Positions 63,601 through 64,000 of a DNA stretch of 64,000 nt are shown here, piece after piece (position 1 is the first letter of the stretch; every line of letters begins with the position of its first letter). The notes under the pieces are model-generated. The model was not told where the DNA came from and searched no databases. It saw nothing but the letters and a program-made list of their open reading frames with translations. Both the position numbers and the translations under genes were made by a program. This stretch comes from Flavobacteriales bacterium (GTDB lineage Bacteria > Bacteroidota > Bacteroidia > Flavobacteriales_D > Sanyastnellaceae): the NCBI GenBank assembly GCA_947504275.1, contig CANNHA010000001.1, positions 12,586 to 76,585 on the forward strand, given 5' to 3'.

Positions 63601-63698
63601 GCAACAGAATTCACCCTAATGTGGACAATAAAAAGTTGATTCAAGGGAATTATAGAACCAAGATTCAAACGGAAGTCTATAATCAGTTGTTCCGCTAA
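60693..63698 (+). CDS. fusion of a GH3 N-terminal (NagZ-like beta-N-acetylhexosaminidase) domain and a serine beta-lactamase/PBP4*-like hydrolase
   Basis: KHFPGHGDTDTDSH GH3 motif in the first half and the SxxK motif ASITKLSA in the second. Signal peptide present. Confidence 0.8.
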   Translation: MRRIILGLYFLAAICFDLQAQPVFTRVPTPWADSVFKSLSLDQKIGQLFMVPAWSDPKHIYFNDKQVSEWITKYGVGGIIFFQGGPQNQLKFTQRYQDMSSIPLLIGMDAEWGLSMRLDSTILYPRQMTLGALSDMEIVKNYAAETARQLKRLGVHFSFSPVVDINNNPKNPVISNRSFGEDRDAVLRASQAFMEGLQENHILACAKHFPGHGDTDTDSHEDMPVIPFSKERLDSLELYPYRPLFDQGLSSVMTGHLYVPAYENRPGIPASLSTSLIQDLLKGQMGFKGLIVTDALNMQGVAKHFKPGEMEVMAIQAGNDILLFPSNIPKAIEAIKAKLVSGELSMDRINESCYKILQSKEWCGLNAGVHLNKVDIMQDLGQPQALQIYQEVNAGALTLIKTDSTAMKSWRDPLSKKVLVVIGGDSTSQIVSSAKALYHVDFHFWPRDIDSTWKDTAQVLLSLLNAYDLVGFAFINTSSKASKNFSVSPYWLKWISNWENEKNKMLLLFSNPYAVGNELDVLNFDIIATGYQDDELTQHVMIEAISGARSFTGKLPVSVGSMWRCGDGVQLPRWNVLSKSVYSSPEQLRLIKSRNIVVPKNKEYLENMFQVEQESNSFQYRYQWKRVDSLVNAGLMEGAFPGCRLLVAQGGEIVYDHAYGYLDHKQKSSVRLNTVYDLASITKLSASALAMMWMYDRGYWTLESNLGESLSFPRKSPYAKIKWRDLLSHQAGLKNFIPFASVFNSAAWHRERKESSDRIVADSLYADSCIVDAIRRRILETPLKLPAQYEYSDLGYFFVKEFVELKTGKTWTEFLNENFYHPMGLSTLGYLPLERLDSNLIAPTENDTVFRHQMIRGYVHDETAALMGGVAGHAGLFSDAYDLAAILQMLNGKGNYRGRQLIQPETVDLFNQRHLAGNRRGLVLDKPPLNGTNGGSASVLVSDVSFGHTGFTGTMGWVDPEHDLVFVFLSNRIHPNVDNKKLIQGNYRTKIQTEVYNQLFR

Positions 63699-63725
63699 TG
63701 GCGGTCGTGTTGTAACTTTGCTTTC

Positions 63726-64000
63726 ATGAATATCGAAGAGCCTTTGCGAATAGGAATGGTGGGTTATCCTACCTACGGTGGAAGTGGAGTAGTAGCTACA
63801 GAATTGGGCATCGCATTGGCCAATCGGGGTCATCAAGTTCATTTTATCACGTATTCTCAACCTGTTCGATTGAATGGGGTAAACAAGAATATTCGATTTC
63901 ATGAGGTTAACGTAAGCGAGTATCCGTTGTTTGTTTATCCACCCTATGAATTGGTTTTGGCGAGTAAGATGGTGGATGTGGTGAAGTATGAGAAGTTGGA
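63726..64000 (+). CDS. bshA: N-acetyl-alpha-D-glucosaminyl L-malate synthase BshA (5' part; runs off the window)
   Basis: Hand translation gives MNIEEPLRIGMVGYPTYGGSGVVATELGIALANRGHQVHFITYSQPVRL..., typical of the BshA N-terminus. The ORF is still open at the window end. Confidence 0.7.
   Translation, partial: MNIEEPLRIGMVGYPTYGGSGVVATELGIALANRGHQVHFITYSQPVRLNGVNKNIRFHEVNVSEYPLFVYPPYELVLASKMVDVVKYEKL

Noticed and set aside
1-64000. Scanned by eye for tRNA T-arm/acceptor signatures (GGTTCGAATCC-like), rRNA, integrase, transposase or recombinase genes, reverse transcriptases and cas genes.
   Set aside because: None was found. This is an eye scan only. tRNAscan-SE, Infernal and HMM searches would be needed to exclude them formally.

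Overview
This looks like a chromosomal segment from a Bacteroidota genome, probably Flavobacteriia-like and moderately AT-rich. The lineage call rests on three things read from the sequence. T9SS type-A C-terminal sorting domains are present. A TTTG / TAnnTTTG type promoter precedes the SRP RNA. The gene content includes DUF4249, DUF5686, FISUMP and a split cox-III cluster. I support about 65 protein-coding genes, densely packed with many 4-bp ATGA/GTGA overlaps, plus one SRP (4.5S) RNA. I found no rRNA, tRNA, CRISPR array, integrase or transposase.

The content is mostly housekeeping:
- Left end: acyl-CoA thioesterase, hemJ, mgtE and formimidoyltransferase-cyclodeaminase.
- A tadA/cytidylyltransferase/DUF4910/dNK/folK operon, then sppA.
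- A cytochrome oxidase assembly cluster: cyoE, two subunit-III paralogues, subunit IV, two SCO paralogues, DUF420/CtaM and a small CxxC protein.
- OmpA, TolC and HlyD, then tsaB.
- Kynurenine 3-monooxygenase and a cystathionine lyase/synthase, then dnaG.
- A 6TM + histidine kinase + LuxR-type regulator module, followed by an M28-PDZ peptidase.
- A six-repeat CBM-like T9SS protein, then AsmA, aroC and a GT2 glycosyltransferase.
- Right end: purB, an MsbA-like ABC exporter, htrA, cmk, a GH3/beta-lactamase fusion and the start of bshA.

The only clearly accessory stretch is about 47.9-51.2 kb, directly downstream of the SRP RNA and a ykgJ-like gene. It holds four things:
- A single-gene cassette, a KilA-N/ORF6N DNA-binding domain fused to a PLD/HKD-like domain with an HxR variant motif, bracketed by about 80-bp imperfect direct repeats that each carry two 16-bp iteron-like units.
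- A FISUMP-domain secreted protein preceded by a 12-bp CT-rich tandem repeat.
- An array of four perfect hairpins.
- A ParE/RelE-type toxin-antitoxin pair whose toxin has an in-frame TAA at codon 13.

All family assignments come from reading motifs by eye. No database search was run.
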